Shown here: positions 34,741 through 45,747 of the stretch, in pieces
How positions within the stretch are numbered: position 1 is the first letter of the stretch
How the letters are laid out: every line of letters begins with the position of its first letter
Assembly: GCA_041484665.1 (NCBI GenBank)
Contig: JBGPIA010000001.1
Span: forward strand, 995,582-1,059,581
DNA length: 64,000 bases
Direction: 5' to 3'
From: Candidatus Krumholzibacteriia bacterium
Lineage (GTDB): Bacteria; Krumholzibacteriota; Krumholzibacteriia; JAJRXK01
Notes under the pieces: model-generated
Database searches by the model: none
What the model was told of the DNA's origin: nothing
The model's input: only the letters and a program-made list of their open reading frames with translations
Position numbers and translations under genes: made by a program

Positions 34741-36399
34741 ATGACCGAACACTCGACCAATCCGGCCGGCGAGCGATTCCCCCTCCCCACCGAGAGCGAC
34801 TACGCGCCCGAGCTCGAGCGGCTTCGCACGCTGGCGGCGCGCGCCCGTGCCGACGGCAAGGAGATCGTCGTGGTGATGGGCGTGGGATTCGTCGGGGCCG
34901 TGATGGCCGCCATCGTGGCCGACACCACCGACGCCAAGGGCAGACCCGCCAAGTTCGTCATCGGCTGCCAGCGCCCGAGCGTACGCAGCTTCTGGAAGAT
35001 CCCCATGCTCACCCGGGGCGAGTCACCGGTGAAGGCCGAGGACCCCGAGGTCGCTCCCATGATCGAGCGTTGCGTGCGGGACAAGCGCACGCTCACGGCC
35101 ACCTTCAACAGCGACTGCCTGCAGTTGGCCGATTGCGTGGTCGTCGACGTCCAGTGCGACTACACCAAGCGCGAGCTGGGCAACATGCGCTCGGGGCAGG
35201 TGGAGATGGCAGCGCTGGAGGCGACGCTGCGCACCATCGGCGAGAAGATCCAGCCCCACTGCCTCACCCTCATCGAGACGACCGTAGCCCCGGGAACCAC
35301 GGAGTACGTGGCGTGGCCGATCCTCAAGAAGGCGTTCCACCGCCGCGGGCTCGACGCTGTGCCGCTGCTAGCCCACAGCTACGAGCGGGTGATGCCGGGG
35401 AAGGAGTACGTCCGCAGCATCCGGGACTTCTGGCGTGTATGCAGCGGCTGCACCGCGGAGGCCCGCGGCCGGGTTGTCAAATTCCTCAGCGAGGTCTTGA
35501 ACACCAAGCAGTTCCCCCTCACGGTCATGGACCGACCGATCGAGTCGGAGACCGCCAAGATCGTGGAGAACTCCTACCGCGCGACCACCCTGGCGTTCAT
35601 GAATGAATGGAGTCTGTTCGCGGAGCGCAACGGCGTCGACCTGATCAAGGTCATCGAGGCGATCAAGGTCCGTCCCACCCACAGCAACATGATCTTCCCC
35701 GGGCCGGGGATCGGCGGCTACTGCCTGCCCAAGGACGGCGGACTGGGCTACTGGGCCTATCGGCACATCCTGGGCTTCGACGACGGCGACGAGGTGTTCA
35801 AGATGAGCACCACCGCCATCGACGTCAACGACACGCGCGGGCTGCACGTCGCCACGCTCACGCGCGATGCCCTGCGCAACATGGGCCGCACGGTCGCGGA
35901 CGCGGCCGTGCTGGTCTGTGGGGCCAGCTACCGGCAGGACGTGGGCGACACGCGCTACAGCGGCTCGGAGGTGGTCGTCCGGCGCCTCACGGAGATGGGC
36001 GCGGCGATCCGCGTCCACGATCCGTACGTCGATCACTGGTACGAGCTCGAGAGCCAGGACAGCTACCCGGCCCCGGGGCACTCGCTCGCCCGTTTCTTCC
36101 GCAACCAGGAGCAGCTGAACGATCTGCGCGTCGAGCCGGACCTGGCCAAAGCGCTGGCCGGCGCCGAGGCCCTGGTCCTCGCCGTGCCCCACCGGCCCTA
36201 CCTCGAGCTGGCTCCCGAGGCTGTGGTCAGGATGGCGGGCGATCCGCTTGCGATCATCGACTGCTTCGGGATCCTCGATGACGCCCGGATCCGGCGGTAC
36301 TTCGAGCTGGGCTGCGAGGTGAAGGGGCTCGGCCGCGGTCACATCCAGCGCATCAAGACCGAGGTGCGGGAGACGAAGGGACCGCTGCCCGCCGCATGA
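34741..36399 (+). CDS. Nucleotide-sugar dehydrogenase (UDP-glucose/GDP-mannose dehydrogenase family)
   Basis: VMGVGFVG, ETTVAPGTT, ERVMPG, AKIVENSYR, PGPGIGGYCLPKD and DTRYS. Confidence 0.92.
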   Translation: MTEHSTNPAGERFPLPTESDYAPELERLRTLAARARADGKEIVVVMGVGFVGAVMAAIVADTTDAKGRPAKFVIGCQRPSVRSFWKIPMLTRGESPVKAEDPEVAPMIERCVRDKRTLTATFNSDCLQLADCVVVDVQCDYTKRELGNMRSGQVEMAALEATLRTIGEKIQPHCLTLIETTVAPGTTEYVAWPILKKAFHRRGLDAVPLLAHSYERVMPGKEYVRSIRDFWRVCSGCTAEARGRVVKFLSEVLNTKQFPLTVMDRPIESETAKIVENSYRATTLAFMNEWSLFAERNGVDLIKVIEAIKVRPTHSNMIFPGPGIGGYCLPKDGGLGYWAYRHILGFDDGDEVFKMSTTAIDVNDTRGLHVATLTRDALRNMGRTVADAAVLVCGASYRQDVGDTRYSGSEVVVRRLTEMGAAIRVHDPYVDHWYELESQDSYPAPGHSLARFFRNQEQLNDLRVEPDLAKALAGAEALVLAVPHRPYLELAPEAVVRMAGDPLAIIDCFGILDDARIRRYFELGCEVKGLGRGHIQRIKTEVRETKGPLPAA

Positions 36400-36490
36400 C
36401 CGGGCCCGGCCACGCTGACGGCCGCGTTGTCGGCCTCGCTGACGTGCGCGCGCCACGCGGCGGTCGGCGCGCATTGCGTCCGCGGCGCGC

Positions 36491-37876
36491 TCAGTGCCCG
36501 CCGGCCAGGTAGTCCACCGCCAGCGTGCTCGTCGCGCGCACCCCCAGCACCAGGGCGCGCTCGTCCACGAAGAAGCGCGGCGAGTGGTTGGGCGCCGCCT
36601 TCTCCTCCGGTACCCCGGGCGGATTCACTCCAAGGAAGATGTAGAAGCCTGGGATCCGCTGCGCGTAGTACGCGAAGTCCTCGGCGTATGTCCGCGGCCG
36701 GATGAGCACGACCGAGCTGTCCCCGAACACGCGGGTGAGGCTGGGCGCCATGCGGGCGGTCAGCGCAGCGTCGTTCCAGGTGACCGGCGTGCCCTCGTCC
36801 AGCGTCACGCGCGCGGTCGCCCCGGCGCTACCCGCGATCATCTCGGAGGTGCGGTGCACGCGCTCGATGATGCTCTGCCGCATGGCCGCGTCGTAGGTGC
36901 GGATGGTGCCCTCCATTGTCAGGCTATCCGGGATGATGTTGTTGCGCACGCCGCCGTGGATGCTTCCGATGCTCAGTACGACGGGAGCCAACGTGATATC
37001 CGACTGTCGGCTCACAATCGTCTGCAGCCCGAGCACGATCTGCGCGCCGATGACGATGGGATCCACGCCCTCCCACGGCCGCCCACCGTGCGTCTGGGCG
37101 CCGCGCACCACGATGCGGAGGATGTCGGCGGCGGCAAGCTGGCCCTCGGGTTTGAATCCGATCTGGCCGAACGGCGCGTTGGTCACGTGCAGCCCGAAGA
37201 TGGCTGCGGGAGCCGGGTCCGCGAGCACGCCGTCGCGGATCATCAGGGCGGCGCCGCCCTCCTCGCCCTGGGGCGCCCCCTCTTCGGCCGGCTGGAAGAT
37301 GAACTTCACCGTGCCCGAGAGCTTGTCCTTCATGCCGCTGAGCACCTCGGCCACGCCGAGCAGCATGGCCGTGTGGGCGTCGTGGCCACACGCGTGCATG
37401 ACCCCGACCGCTTGACCGTTGTACGTGCTGCGCACCTTCGAGGCGAAGGGCAGCCCCGCCTCCTCGGTCACCGGCAGCGCGTCCATGTCGGCCCGCAGCG
37501 CCACCACCGGCCCCGGCGTCGCAAAACGGAGCACGCCCACCACGCCGGTCTTCGCAACGCCGGTCTTCACGTCCAACCCCATCGCCCGCAGCTGGTCCGC
37601 CACGAGCTTCGCCGTGCGGACCTCGCGATTGCTGAGCTCGGGGTTCTGGTGGATGTCGCGCCGCCATGCGATCACGCGCTCCTGCGCCGCCGCGGCGCGG
37701 CGGGCGATCTCGGCATCGAGCGGCGAGGCCGGTCTGGGCGCGGCGGCCGCGGGGCGGGAGGCGGACGGCAAGGCGGACGGGGCGGCCGCGTACGCGACCG
37801 CCCCAACCACTGCGGTGCAGGCGAGAGCGAGGGCGGCGCGCGTCAGGGAGAGCGCGCTGTGACGCGACTTCGGCAC
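36491..37876 (-). CDS. M20D-family amidohydrolase, exported
   Basis: RRDIHQNPELS, LRADMDALP, MHACGHDAH, FQPAEEG, AEDFAYY and NHSP; GGAGGAGG RBS before GTG. Confidence 0.93.
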   Translation of the reverse strand: MPKSRHSALSLTRAALALACTAVVGAVAYAAAPSALPSASRPAAAAPRPASPLDAEIARRAAAAQERVIAWRRDIHQNPELSNREVRTAKLVADQLRAMGLDVKTGVAKTGVVGVLRFATPGPVVALRADMDALPVTEEAGLPFASKVRSTYNGQAVGVMHACGHDAHTAMLLGVAEVLSGMKDKLSGTVKFIFQPAEEGAPQGEEGGAALMIRDGVLADPAPAAIFGLHVTNAPFGQIGFKPEGQLAAADILRIVVRGAQTHGGRPWEGVDPIVIGAQIVLGLQTIVSRQSDITLAPVVLSIGSIHGGVRNNIIPDSLTMEGTIRTYDAAMRQSIIERVHRTSEMIAGSAGATARVTLDEGTPVTWNDAALTARMAPSLTRVFGDSSVVLIRPRTYAEDFAYYAQRIPGFYIFLGVNPPGVPEEKAAPNHSPRFFVDERALVLGVRATSTLAVDYLAGGH

Positions 37877-38100
37877 GGGGACCTCCTCCGGCGGTGGGAA
37901 GCCGGCGCAAGGGGGGCGGCCCGGCAAAGACTGCCGCAGCAGTGCACGGGCCGGACGCGGGTGAGAGTAGAGCGGATCGAGGACCAGATCCACATCGCGC
38001 TGGCAGCCAGCTGGCGAGCGTGCGCGTGGCTGGCACTGGAGCCCGGGGCGTCGCGGCGCTACACTTGCGCGCCGAGACTCCCCCCGATGTCAGAGGCCCC

Positions 38101-39018
38101 GTGCGACCCTTCCCGCCCGGCCGGCCGCGCGTGCTCCGTCGGAGCCGACTCCCCGGCGCCGCGGCCGCCGGGCTCGTCCTGCCTGCCGTCAGCCGGCTCA
38201 CCGTCAGCTCTCCCGCCGTCAGCCTGCTCGCCACCTGCATGCTGGCCGGCGCCGTGCTGGGTGCCTGTGAGCGCGCGCGCCCTGCCGGCCGCTACGCCGA
38301 CCTGAACGGCATCCATCTCTACTACGAGCTGCACGGCCGCGGCCACGCGCTGCTCCTGCTCCACGGCGGGACCGGCAACGGCAGGCAGTTCACGAACCAG
38401 GTGCCGGCGTTCCAGCGGCGCTTCCGCCTCATCGTTCCCGATCTGTGCGCGCAAGGCCGGACCACCGACCGCGCCGATTCCCTCACGTACCACGCCATGG
38501 CCGAGGACATGATCGCGCTCCTGGACCAGCTTCACGTGCAGCGGGCCGACGTCCTGGGTTGGAGCGATGGCGGCATCGTCGGGCTCGACCTCGCCATCCA
38601 CCACCCCAAGCGGGTCCAGCATCTGGTGACGTTTGGCGCCAACTTCGCGCCCGACGGGCTCAACCCCACCGACGTGCAGTGGAACGCCACTGCCAGCGCC
38701 GACAGCTTCGGCGCCGGGACGCGGCTGGCGTACTCCGAGCTCGCACCCGACCCAGCGCACTACGTGCAGGCCATGAACAAGATCATCGCCATGTGGCGCA
38801 CGCAGCCGAACTTCACGCCCTCCGAGCTGGGGTCGATCCGCGCCAAGACCCTGATCTGCGCGGGTGAGCACGATGTCGTGCGGCGCGAGCACACCGAGCA
38901 GCTGGCGCGGGCCATCCGCGGCGCCGAATTGTGGATCGTCCCCAAAGCGAGCCACAGCGTGATCCTCGAGCAGCCGGAGCTTGTGAACGCGAAGGTGCTG
39001 GAGTTCCTGCGACGGTAG
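38101..39018 (+). CDS. Alpha/beta hydrolase (possible lipoprotein)
   Basis: LLLHGG, GWSDGG nucleophile motif, GEHD and ASH; LGAC lipobox. Start uncertain. Confidence 0.85.
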   Translation: MRPFPPGRPRVLRRSRLPGAAAAGLVLPAVSRLTVSSPAVSLLATCMLAGAVLGACERARPAGRYADLNGIHLYYELHGRGHALLLLHGGTGNGRQFTNQVPAFQRRFRLIVPDLCAQGRTTDRADSLTYHAMAEDMIALLDQLHVQRADVLGWSDGGIVGLDLAIHHPKRVQHLVTFGANFAPDGLNPTDVQWNATASADSFGAGTRLAYSELAPDPAHYVQAMNKIIAMWRTQPNFTPSELGSIRAKTLICAGEHDVVRREHTEQLARAIRGAELWIVPKASHSVILEQPELVNAKVLEFLRR

Positions 39019-39253
39019 GGTGGGCTGGCGTAGCAATCCGGCGACCGCGCCGCCCACGTACATCACCGCCACGACCACCCGGTCGTCGCGCCGCTGGGTC
39101 CCCGCACAGCCTTCGTGCACGCCCAGCGTGCGTGCTGTGCGAGCATGAGTCCTGCGAGCATGAGGTCTTGCCACTCTGCACGGCGGTGCTACCTTTGCGT
39201 TTCTCCGCGTGGCCACGCCCAGGTCGCGCCTGCGCCCTCGAGGACGGACTCGC

Positions 39254-41068
<1,815 letters not shown>

Positions 41069-41078
41069 GGCCGCGGTC

Positions 41079-41234
41079 TCACCGCTTCTCGGGGGCGGGC
41101 GGATCTGCTGGCGTGGCATCCTCGGCGGCCGGCTTCGACTTCGCCAGGCGCTGCTCGAGCTTCTTCTGCGCTTTCGCCGCTTTCTTGAGCTCCCGCTGCC
41201 GCTTGTTGAAATTGTAGTTGATGCGCTTGGCCAT
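41079..41234 (-). CDS. Small basic hypothetical protein (51 aa)
   Basis: MAKRINYNFNKRQRELKKAAKAQKKLEQRLAK...; purine-rich GAAGGAAGG upstream; codon pattern of an expressed gene. Confidence 0.7.
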   Translation of the reverse strand: MAKRINYNFNKRQRELKKAAKAQKKLEQRLAKSKPAAEDATPADPPAPEKR

Positions 41235-41410
41235 GACCTTCCTTCTTGGAGTGCGTTGTTCGGGGTGGGGCCGACGCCATGGGTCCCCACAGCGAGCCCC
41301 GCAGGGCGGAACCGCCGACGCATGCCGCCTCCCACCACCGCGGGTCGAGGCTGCACAAGATAGCCGGTCGGACGTGCCGCGTCCAATCGTTGGAGACAGG
41401 CGCGGGAGGC

Positions 41411-43051
41411 TCACGGGGTGAAGGTGCTCTCCAGGGTGGCCCGGTTGGCGAGATAGCTCTTCACCTCCGTGAGGTACTTCGTCCGCGCCTCGAACGATAG
41501 GATCTGACTCTGGAGCAGGCCGACGCGGGAGATGCGCCCGTCGGTGAAGCGAGCCTGTGCGATCTCCACACCCTCGCCCGCCAGCTCGATCTGGCTGCGG
41601 AGGATCGCCAGGCGCCGGTAGCCTACGGAGAGCTGGTTGACCAGCCGCAGGATGGTGCTCCGCTCTTCCTGCTTGCTCCGCAGCAGCTCCATCTCGGCGC
41701 GCTCTGCCTGCGCATGGGCGGCCGCGACCGTCGCGCCGGACGCTCCCCCGTCCCACAGGGGATACGACACATTCAGCGCGACCCCCCAGCCCTGGGTGTT
41801 GATCGGCTCGTCCGGCTGCCCCGCGAGCCGGACCTCTCCACGCCCCGTGGAATAACTAGCCCGGAAGTCACCGGTCAGTCCCTTTCCGGTTGCCGCGAAG
41901 TCCGCCGCGCGCCGGGCCTTGGAGAACTTGAGCTCGGCCTTGCGGATCGGGACCGCGCTCTCCCAGCGATCGAGCCACTGCTGCTGCACGGCGTCGGCGG
42001 GGTGCTCGGTGACCGCCGGCTCTTCCACCGCGAGGGGGAGCGCCGGATCCGCATCCAGCAACAGCGCCAGCGCGCGTTGCTGCTCCACCGTCTGGGCCTG
42101 GGCGTCGCGGTGGGCGAGCTCGGCGTCCAGACGCGCCAGCGAGGAGGCGAGCCAGTCCTCCCGGGTCGAGACCGCATCAACCCACTTCGTCGAGTCGATC
42201 GTCGCCGTGAGACGCGCCGACTCGAGTTGGGCGACCCGCAGATCCTCCTGGACCCGGGCCAGGAGCAGGTCCATGTAGGCCTCGGTGACCTCCTTCTGCA
42301 GACTCGCCAGCTCCTCGGTCTGGGTGAGCCGCGCCAATTGCCGGTCGTCGTCCTTGTCCGCCAGCTCGTTGCGCGCCGGAGAGGGCTTGAGGAGGGGCTG
42401 CTGGAACACGAAGTCGAAGTAGCCGCGCTCGGAGCGCTCGTCGAGGAAGCTGCCCAAGGGCGCCGCCGGGCCCGTGTCCGGATAGCGGTTCTTCGTGGAC
42501 GCGAGGTTGGCCGTCATCGCCAGGGTTCCGCCGGTGAATAGCGATTGATCCAGCTTGATGAACGAGGTGAATCCAAGGTCGGTGGTCTTGTACAGCTGCT
42601 TGCGGCTGGATGCCCCGAAGAACTTGAACGACTGATCCACGTCGTAGGAGGGCACGGCTCCGTTGATCGAGATGGTCGGAAGGTAGAAGTTGATCCGCTT
42701 GGCCCGGTAGCTCTGCTCGGCGATGTCCAGGTCGCCCTGGATGATGCGCGCGCGAGCGCTGCGCTGCGTCGCGATCCCGACGGCCTCCTGCAATGAGACG
42801 GGGGCGGCGGGAGCGGCTGGTCCCGCAGCACAGACTGCTGTGGCGACAACGCCTGCGGCGCCGAGCCAGACGGCGGCGAGCCATGCGGCACTGGGCCGAA
42901 CCGTACCGGACTGTACCCCACCGGGTCGCAGGGCGTCGGGCCCAACGCCGGCGCCCCGTGCGGCAACGGGCCGCGCCCGCGCAACCCGTGCGGACCGCCG
43001 CAGGATCAACGACACCACGCGGGCCCCAAGTACGCCGATTCCCTGCGGCAT
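41411..43051 (-). CDS. TolC-family outer membrane efflux protein
   Basis: VSLQEAVGIA, FQQPLL, VSYPLWDGG and RFTDGRIS helical/barrel repeats. Start uncertain. Confidence 0.85.
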   Translation of the reverse strand: MPQGIGVLGARVVSLILRRSARVARARPVAARGAGVGPDALRPGGVQSGTVRPSAAWLAAVWLGAAGVVATAVCAAGPAAPAAPVSLQEAVGIATQRSARARIIQGDLDIAEQSYRAKRINFYLPTISINGAVPSYDVDQSFKFFGASSRKQLYKTTDLGFTSFIKLDQSLFTGGTLAMTANLASTKNRYPDTGPAAPLGSFLDERSERGYFDFVFQQPLLKPSPARNELADKDDDRQLARLTQTEELASLQKEVTEAYMDLLLARVQEDLRVAQLESARLTATIDSTKWVDAVSTREDWLASSLARLDAELAHRDAQAQTVEQQRALALLLDADPALPLAVEEPAVTEHPADAVQQQWLDRWESAVPIRKAELKFSKARRAADFAATGKGLTGDFRASYSTGRGEVRLAGQPDEPINTQGWGVALNVSYPLWDGGASGATVAAAHAQAERAEMELLRSKQEERSTILRLVNQLSVGYRRLAILRSQIELAGEGVEIAQARFTDGRISRVGLLQSQILSFEARTKYLTEVKSYLANRATLESTFTP

Positions 43052-43099
43052 GATGCACCTCACCTGGCTGAGCCGCGCGCGGCCGCCGAGCGTCCGGTC

Positions 43100-44410
43100 C
43101 TACTCGTACCGGACGGCGTCGATCACATCGAGATCGGCGGCCTTGCGGGCGGGGTAGACTCCGAAGACGAGCCCCACGAGCGTGGAGACTCCGACGGCGA
43201 GCAGGATGGCGAACAGGGAGACCACCGTGGCCCAGTGGGCGTAGAGGCTGATCACCCGCGAGAGGAAGAGCCCGACCAGGACGCCCACGCAGCACCCCAC
43301 GAGGCAGATCGCCACTGCCTCCAGCAGGAACTGGCGGAGGATGTCGTCGCGCGTTGCGCCAACGGCCCTGCGGATGCCGATCTCCCGGGTGCGCTCCAGG
43401 ACGGTCGCCAGCATGATGTTCATGATGCCGATGCCGCCCACCAGCAGGGAGAGTCCAGCGATCGTGCCCATGACGATGTTGAAGATGCGTTGGGTCCGCT
43501 GGGACTGCCGCAGTAGCGACTCGGGGACGATGATATCGAAGTCGTCGACCCCGGCGTGGCGGCGCTCCAGGATCCGTTGGACGAGGCGTGCGACCGTTGG
43601 CACCCGTGCCATCTCGCGCACCGTCACCGTCAGCTGATCGATCTCGGGGAGGTTGAAGGCCAGGGACTGGTCCGACGCGCTGCTGACGACGACGCCGCTT
43701 CCGTAGAACGACTCCGAGCCGGACGGTGCGCGATCGATCTTCTTCACGGCCGTGCTGAACGGGATGTAGACGTCCTCGTTGAGGTTCTTGAGCTCCAACC
43801 CCTCGACCTTTCCCCGCGCGATGTACTTGTCGGCCATGACGCCGATCACCGTGAACTCCAGGTCGCCCAGGGTCACCGTCTGGTCGAGCGGGTCCTCGAA
43901 GGCGAACAGGGCATGCTTGACCTTGGCGCCCAGGACGCAGACCTGCCGGAACTCGCGAACGTCGCCGTCGCCGATGAACCGGCCCTTCTCCACCTCGACG
44001 CTCGAGGACGTGAGATACGTGGGCAGCGTGGCCACGACGCGCACCGACGCCTCCGCGGAGCCCCGCCGGACCGTGGTCACATTCTCGAAGCGCTGCGGGA
44101 CCACGTTGCCGATCAGGTCGCGGTACTGGCTGATGTTCTCCCCGTCCGCGACGCACAGGGCCGGCGAGCGTTGGAAGGTCTCCTGCGCCTGCAGCGCCGA
44201 TCCGGGCAGCTTCGCCTTGACGATGATGTTGTTGATGCCCAGGACGGAGATCTGCTCCATCGCCTCCCGCTTGGCGCCCTCGCCGATGGAGAGCATGGAG
44301 ACGACGGCCGCCACACCGAAGATCACGCCCAGCATGGTGAGGGCGGTACGCAGCTTGTGGGCCCCCATGGACACCACGGCCACCTGGACGACGGACGCGA
44401 AGTCGACCAT
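43100..44410 (-). CDS. MacB/FtsX-family ABC transporter permease (no ATPase domain)
   Basis: KLRTALTMLGVIFGVAAVV, LLVGGIGIMNIML, ERTREIGIRRAVGA and FGVYPARKAA. Confidence 0.93.
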   Translation of the reverse strand: MVDFASVVQVAVVSMGAHKLRTALTMLGVIFGVAAVVSMLSIGEGAKREAMEQISVLGINNIIVKAKLPGSALQAQETFQRSPALCVADGENISQYRDLIGNVVPQRFENVTTVRRGSAEASVRVVATLPTYLTSSSVEVEKGRFIGDGDVREFRQVCVLGAKVKHALFAFEDPLDQTVTLGDLEFTVIGVMADKYIARGKVEGLELKNLNEDVYIPFSTAVKKIDRAPSGSESFYGSGVVVSSASDQSLAFNLPEIDQLTVTVREMARVPTVARLVQRILERRHAGVDDFDIIVPESLLRQSQRTQRIFNIVMGTIAGLSLLVGGIGIMNIMLATVLERTREIGIRRAVGATRDDILRQFLLEAVAICLVGCCVGVLVGLFLSRVISLYAHWATVVSLFAILLAVGVSTLVGLVFGVYPARKAADLDVIDAVRYE

Positions 44411-44415
44411 ACCGA

Positions 44416-45669
44416 CTATTTCGCGCCGGGCCGATTGCGGACCGCGCCCGGCCCGGGCGGGATCCGGCCCTTGTTCAGCTCCGGCTGCGGCGTCTCCTGC
44501 GCGGGGAGCCCTTCCGCGGCGGTGCGGGGATCGATCAGGCAGACCCGCTCGCCCTCCTGCAGGCCCGAGACGACCTCGATCTCGGTGTCCGTGCGGCGTC
44601 CCACCGCGATCTCCCGCGGTTTCTTGTTCTCCAGGTAGACGCGGGGCTTTCCCTCCACCTCGAACACCGCCTCCAGAGGCAACGACAGCACGCCGTCGGT
44701 GCGCTCCACGATGATTTTGCACGACGCCGACATCCCGGGCTTCAGCCGCTCGTCCTTGTCGAGGATCGACACCTGCACGTCGAAGACATTGACCTTCGAG
44801 TTCTGCTCCTTCTTGCGGGCCAGCGTTCCCTTCAGCGCGACGGTCCCCTTGAACTGCGACCCAGGGAACGCGTCGAGGCTGATGCGCACGTCCTGGCCCA
44901 CCAACACGTTGCTCGCGTCGACCTCGGAGACAGTCGCCTTCACGATCATCTCGGAGAGGTCGGGCAGATTGATCAGCCCCTGGCCGGGCCAGGGCGAGTC
45001 GCCCTGCTGGACCTTCGCCGAGGAGTTCCCCTTCCAGATCTCGAGGTAGACGACCATTCCGGGGATCGGAGCGCTGAGCGTCATCTGCTCGAGCTCCTTG
45101 CGGGCTTGCGCCACCTTGTCCTTGGCCCGCTGCACCTCCAGCTCGGCCTTCTGGACGTCGGCGCGGATCTGATCGAGCTTCGCCCGGGCGTTCAGCTCTG
45201 CCAGCTCGAGCTCGAGGCGCGCCTCGTCGGCGACCTTGGGCGCCTCGTGCTTCTTCTCGTCGAAATTGCGCTGCGCCTGACGCAAGGCGAGGGCGAGCTG
45301 TTTTCCCTGGATCTCCAGCTCCTGCTGCTGGCGCGCGAGGCTGGCCTCCCCGATGCGCAGGTTCGAGGTGTTCTCGGCGAGCTCCGCGTCCTGCTGGCTC
45401 GAGTCGAACTTGATCAAGGGGTCGAGGGCCTTGACCATGGCGCCCTCGGGCGCCATCCAGGTGATCTGGATGTTGCGGACGCGCGGAGCCGTGATCGTGA
45501 ATGCCCGCTTGGCGTCCACCGCGCCCGAGGCCCGCAGGGCGATCTCCATCGTCCCCTTGCGCACTGCCGCCATGGGAATTTCCACCGGCTTCCAGAAACG
45601 GGAGCCCAGGATCAGCCAGGCGGCTACGATCACCAGCACCGCGACGATGGGAACGACAAATCTGCGCAT
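44416..45669 (-). CDS. MacA-like periplasmic adaptor (membrane fusion protein)
   Basis: N-terminal TM, lipoyl half-motifs (APEGAMVK; LSAPIPGMV), coiled coil and LKPGMSA. Confidence 0.9.
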   Translation of the reverse strand: MRRFVVPIVAVLVIVAAWLILGSRFWKPVEIPMAAVRKGTMEIALRASGAVDAKRAFTITAPRVRNIQITWMAPEGAMVKALDPLIKFDSSQQDAELAENTSNLRIGEASLARQQQELEIQGKQLALALRQAQRNFDEKKHEAPKVADEARLELELAELNARAKLDQIRADVQKAELEVQRAKDKVAQARKELEQMTLSAPIPGMVVYLEIWKGNSSAKVQQGDSPWPGQGLINLPDLSEMIVKATVSEVDASNVLVGQDVRISLDAFPGSQFKGTVALKGTLARKKEQNSKVNVFDVQVSILDKDERLKPGMSASCKIIVERTDGVLSLPLEAVFEVEGKPRVYLENKKPREIAVGRRTDTEIEVVSGLQEGERVCLIDPRTAAEGLPAQETPQPELNKGRIPPGPGAVRNRPGAK

Positions 45670-45747
45670 CGGCCTCGTGCTCCGCAGCAGGCTCCACGCA
45701 CCAAGGGCACACCGCCCCGCCCCCGGAGCGGATGGGCAGCGCCCACG

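Noticed and set aside
33726..35606. Long alternative-frame and antisense ORFs (also 38-1414, 4445-6733, 36494-38305, 46018-47778, 51346-53460)
   Set aside because: Arg/Ala/Gly-rich shadows expected at about 70% GC, overlapping well-supported genes and lacking motifs.
38185..38229. 15-bp x3 repeat in the hydrolase N-terminus as a functional element
   Set aside because: In-frame degenerate duplication within a low-complexity signal region; most simply replication slippage.
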